Assembly (NCBI GenBank): GCA_000004985.1
Contig: GG739508.1
Length of the DNA stretch: 1,196 bases
Reading direction: 5' to 3' (one strand)
DNA from: Naegleria gruberi
Taxonomy: Eukaryota
In this document: one piece after another, positions 1-1,196 of the stretch
Layout: every line of letters begins with the position of its first letter
Numbering within the stretch: position 1 is the first letter of the stretch
Translations under genes and position numbers: made by a program
Notes under the pieces: model-generated
Told to the model about the DNA's origin: nothing
Databases searched by the model: none
What the model saw: only the letters and a program-made list of their open reading frames with translations

Positions 1-27
1 ATCAGGTTTACTACTACTATGCTTAAT

Positions 28-100
28 AATCTCGGTACCTTACCCATTAGTATAATTACTTGTTCTCAATCTTGTTTTTATTAATTTGCAATGTAACATG
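28..100. repeat. Direct repeat copy A: 13-bp flank aatctcggTacct (28-40) abutting a 60-bp core (41-100) that is identical to 572-631
   Basis: Seen in sequence. The 60-mer tacccattagtataattacttgttctcaatcttgtttttattaatttgcaatgtaacatg occurs twice with 0 mismatches. The upstream 13-mer matches 481-493 with 1 mismatch (t36 vs g489). Similarity stops abruptly at 101 (tctaattctg vs atatttgaa). Confidence 0.9.
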
Positions 101-153
101 TCTAATTCTGAGCGAAGTGAAGAATGGACTTGTTTTCATTGTAAACTTAATAA

Positions 154-161
154 AATATAAG
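154..161 (+). promoter_or_regulatory. TATA-like motif aaTATAAGt
   Basis: Seen in sequence at 154-161, 15 bp upstream of ATG 176 and 35 bp upstream of ATG 196. It follows a 7-codon uATG ORF (124-144), which argues that any TSS lies downstream of 144. The background is very AT-rich, so the TATA match carries little weight by itself. Confidence 0.15.
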
Positions 162-175
162 TTGAGTATTTTTCC

Positions 176-328
176 ATGCTCAAAAAATTATCACAATGGC
201 CCCAACACCAACTACACCAAAGAACAACAAGAAAACGAAAGACCTTAGCTCACCTTCTGCAGGTAGCTCCCACCCAATTAGTCCCACCCTTATTCAACCT
301 TTTTTACGCTCTCAATGATTCTTGGTAA
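176..328 (+). CDS. Alternative overlapping 50-codon ORF in a different frame: MLKKLSQWPQHQLHQRTTRKRKTLAHLLQVAPTQLVPPLFNLFYALNDSW*
   Basis: Seen in sequence: ATG at 176-178, stop TAA at 326-328. This frame stays open up to the GTAAGT donor at 325. Inference: splicing 324 to 390 would continue it to a stop at 496-498, adding about 36 mostly hydrophobic residues. The ATG context (ccATGc) is weaker than that of the 196 ATG. Speculative. Confidence 0.1.
   Translation: MLKKLSQWPQHQLHQRTTRKRKTLAHLLQVAPTQLVPPLFNLFYALNDSW
196..318 (+). CDS. Candidate small ORF or first coding exon of 40 codons: MAPTPTTPKNNKKTKDLSSPSAGSSHPISPTLIQPFLRSQ*
   Basis: Seen in sequence: ATG at 196-198 in the context tcACAATGGCc, with stop TGA at 316-318. 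Established knowledge: this context matches the plant translation-initiation consensus (A at -3, G at +4, GC at +4/+5). The N-terminus is basic and Pro/Thr/Ser-rich. Inference: it sits in a C/A-rich, G-poor island about 36-40 bp downstream of a TATA-like motif. It is only 40 aa and has no detectable homology by eye. It could equally be a uORF, exon 1 or chance. It was not in the supplied ORF track, presumably because of a length cutoff. Confidence 0.2.
   Translation: MAPTPTTPKNNKKTKDLSSPSAGSSHPISPTLIQPFLRSQ
268..289 (+). repeat. Tandemly spaced duplicate motif tcccaccc (268-275 and 282-289) separated by aattag
   Basis: Seen in sequence. A CACCC-type C-rich 8-mer occurs twice at a 14-bp offset within the G-poor island 199-300. 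Function unknown. Confidence 0.4.
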
Positions 329-389
329 GTGTTCATTGAAGTGAGGTTTCAGATATCATCGAATGATATCTTTTTTATTTTAATTTCAG
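325..389 (+). other. Candidate 65-bp spliceosomal intron: donor TTG|GTAAGT (325-330), T-rich body, acceptor TTTTAATTTCAG| ending at 389
   Basis: Seen in sequence. Established knowledge: GTAAGT is a consensus 5' splice site, and a U-rich tract followed by TTTCAG is a typical plant/nematode 3' splice site. The length is near the lower bound for plant introns. Without transcript evidence or coding continuity this is tentative. Confidence 0.2.
352..370. repeat. 19-bp palindrome gatatcat-cga-atgatatc (8-bp perfect arms, 3-nt spacer) containing two GATATC (EcoRV) sites
   Basis: Seen in sequence. It lies inside the candidate intron 325-389. Confidence 0.85.
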
Positions 390-483
390 TTTAGTTATGC
401 CATCCTATTCGCACCTCCTAATTTTTTTCTTATCTTTACTAATACTATTGATAAGTTTTTTTATAAGAGCCATATTTATTAAT

Positions 484-533
484 CTCGGGACCTGCTAATA
501 AAGATTTATATCCATTAAAGCAGGTCTCAAGGC
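484..533. repeat. Imperfect inverted repeat (hairpin) spanning the flank/insert boundary: ctcgggacctgct (484-496) pairs with agcaggtctcaag (521-533) over a 24-nt loop
   Basis: Seen in sequence. 11 of 13 positions are Watson-Crick complementary; one of the two mismatches would be a G-U wobble in RNA (g488:t529). The core 8-mer gacctgct/agcaggtc is perfect. Confidence 0.7.
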
Positions 534-537
534 TGAA

Positions 538-552
538 TCACCTTAAAGGTGA
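538..552. repeat. Perfect 15-bp palindrome TCACCTTaAAGGTGA (7-bp arms, single central base) inside the copy-B-specific segment
   Basis: Seen in sequence. The reverse complement of tcacctt (538-544) equals aaggtga (546-552). This is the arrangement expected for a dimeric DNA-binding site, but no specific factor is assigned. Confidence 0.85.
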
Positions 553-638
553 AACAGTCCCTGAGCTTTAATACCCATTAGTATAATTACTTGTTCTCAA
601 TCTTGTTTTTATTAATTTGCAATGTAACATGATATTTG

Positions 639-640
<2 letters not shown>

Positions 641-682
<42 letters not shown>
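641..682. repeat. (AT)21 dinucleotide microsatellite
   Basis: Seen in sequence. 42 bp of uninterrupted alternating AT, beginning 9 bp after the end of repeat copy B. Confidence 0.97.
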
Positions 683-685
<3 letters not shown>

Positions 686-1164
686 AATTGTTAGATATTA
701 GTTGTTCCATTTATTTTTAAACTACTCCATCATCCTCCATGAATCTAGTTGTCTATTTCTTGTTGTAAGAGTTTTTCTTTGTTTAAATAAACAACTATCA
801 TAACTCTATTTTTACTACTTCTAATAACAGTGTTTTTGTAATATTTTTACAAAGTTTGTTCTTTCTTTGAATTCATTTTCTTTGGATTTACCATAAAGAT
901 TATTACTTCCAATCAATAATCTTCATAATGATAATACCAACTTTAGAAGATTTTTAAAAATTAATGGTTTTTTATATTTTATATATTACTTTGTTAAGCT
1001 TTTCTAAATTTCAAATCGATAAATTTTTGAAAATTTATTTTAGCTTCTTAATTTTCAATTAATTTCATTATCTTTATATCTAAATCACTTTTAAATGATT
1101 TTTCAGATAAACCAATTTAACCACCATCTTATAAACCAACTTTCAACAAAAATTTTTTCGGATG

Positions 1165-1188
1165 TATATATATATATATATATATATA
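1165..1188. repeat. (TA)12 dinucleotide microsatellite
   Basis: Seen in sequence. 24 bp of uninterrupted alternating TA near the 3' end of the window. Confidence 0.97.
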
Positions 1189-1196
1189 AATGCATG

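Larger units (their letters stand above)
481..631. repeat. Direct repeat copy B: flank 481-493, a copy-specific 78-bp segment 494-571, then the perfect 60-bp core 572-631
   Basis: Seen in sequence. Same flank and core as copy A, but the two are separated by 78 bp that copy A lacks. Period is 531 bp for the core and 453 bp for the flank, a difference of 78. Confidence 0.9.

Noticed and set aside
60-248. The supplied 62-aa ORF (MFSILFLLICNV…) as a real protein-coding gene
   Set aside because: It initiates at TTG and has no in-frame ATG anywhere, which is only plausible under a bacterial code, while every other signal here looks eukaryotic. Its first third is simply the 60-bp repeat read in one frame, giving a low-complexity F/L/I-rich translation typical of AT-rich non-coding DNA. 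Its 3' end runs across the better-supported ATG at 196 in another frame.
484-533. The hairpin as a pre-miRNA or a bacterial rho-independent terminator
   Set aside because: A 13-bp imperfect stem is far shorter than plant or animal pre-miRNA stems of about 21 bp or more. There is no T-run immediately 3' of the stem, and nothing else in the window is prokaryotic.
494-571. The 78-bp copy-B-specific segment as a MITE
   Set aside because: There are no terminal inverted repeats and no TA/TAA-type target-site duplication at the boundaries. Its internal hairpin pairs with the flank rather than with its own ends.
41-631. A CRISPR array, because of the identical direct repeats
   Set aside because: There are only two copies. 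The repeat is 60 bp and the spacer about 471 bp, both far outside CRISPR ranges. The repeat is AT-rich and non-palindromic, and there is no leader or cas context.
28-631. LTR or TRIM retroelement, with the direct repeats as terminal repeats
   Set aside because: The repeats lack TG…CA termini. There is no tRNA-Met-like primer binding site after copy A (the sequence there is tctaattctgagcg…). There is no polypurine tract before copy B, and no target-site duplication is visible.
889-910. A third, degenerate copy of the repeat start (taccataaagattattacttcc vs tacccattagtataattacttg)
   Set aside because: Only a shared tacc and a 7-mer attactt align. This is at the level expected by chance in DNA this AT-rich.

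Overview
This 1196-bp window is AT-rich, roughly a quarter to a third GC by eye (not computed). It contains no open reading frame longer than the 62-codon, TTG-initiated frame in the supplied track. I see no prokaryotic-style gene, rRNA, tRNA, CRISPR array or transposase. The overall look is a eukaryotic, plant-like intergenic or promoter/5'-exon/intron region: long (AT)n microsatellites, CA/CT-rich leader-like tracts, a plant-consensus start context ACAATGGC, and a GTAAGT donor paired with a T-rich TTTCAG acceptor.

Features I can support directly from the sequence:
- A perfect 60-bp direct repeat at 41-100 and 572-631. Each copy is preceded by a 13-bp near-identical flank, aatctcggTacct at 28-40 and aatctcggGacct at 481-493.
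- A 78-bp segment (494-571) present only in the second repeat copy. It is relatively GC-rich and contains a 13-bp-stem hairpin and a perfect 15-bp palindrome.
- An (AT)21 microsatellite at 641-682, 9 bp after the second repeat copy, and a (TA)12 microsatellite at 1165-1188.
- A 19-bp palindrome carrying two EcoRV sites at 352-370.
- Two overlapping small ATG ORFs at 196-318 and 176-328. They lie in a C/A-rich, G-poor island, downstream of a TATA-like motif and upstream of a candidate 65-bp intron (325-389).

Coding assignments are low confidence, and I recognise no described gene or system here. The most noteworthy structure is the exact duplicated 60-mer and the hairpin-bearing 78-bp indel that separates the two copies.
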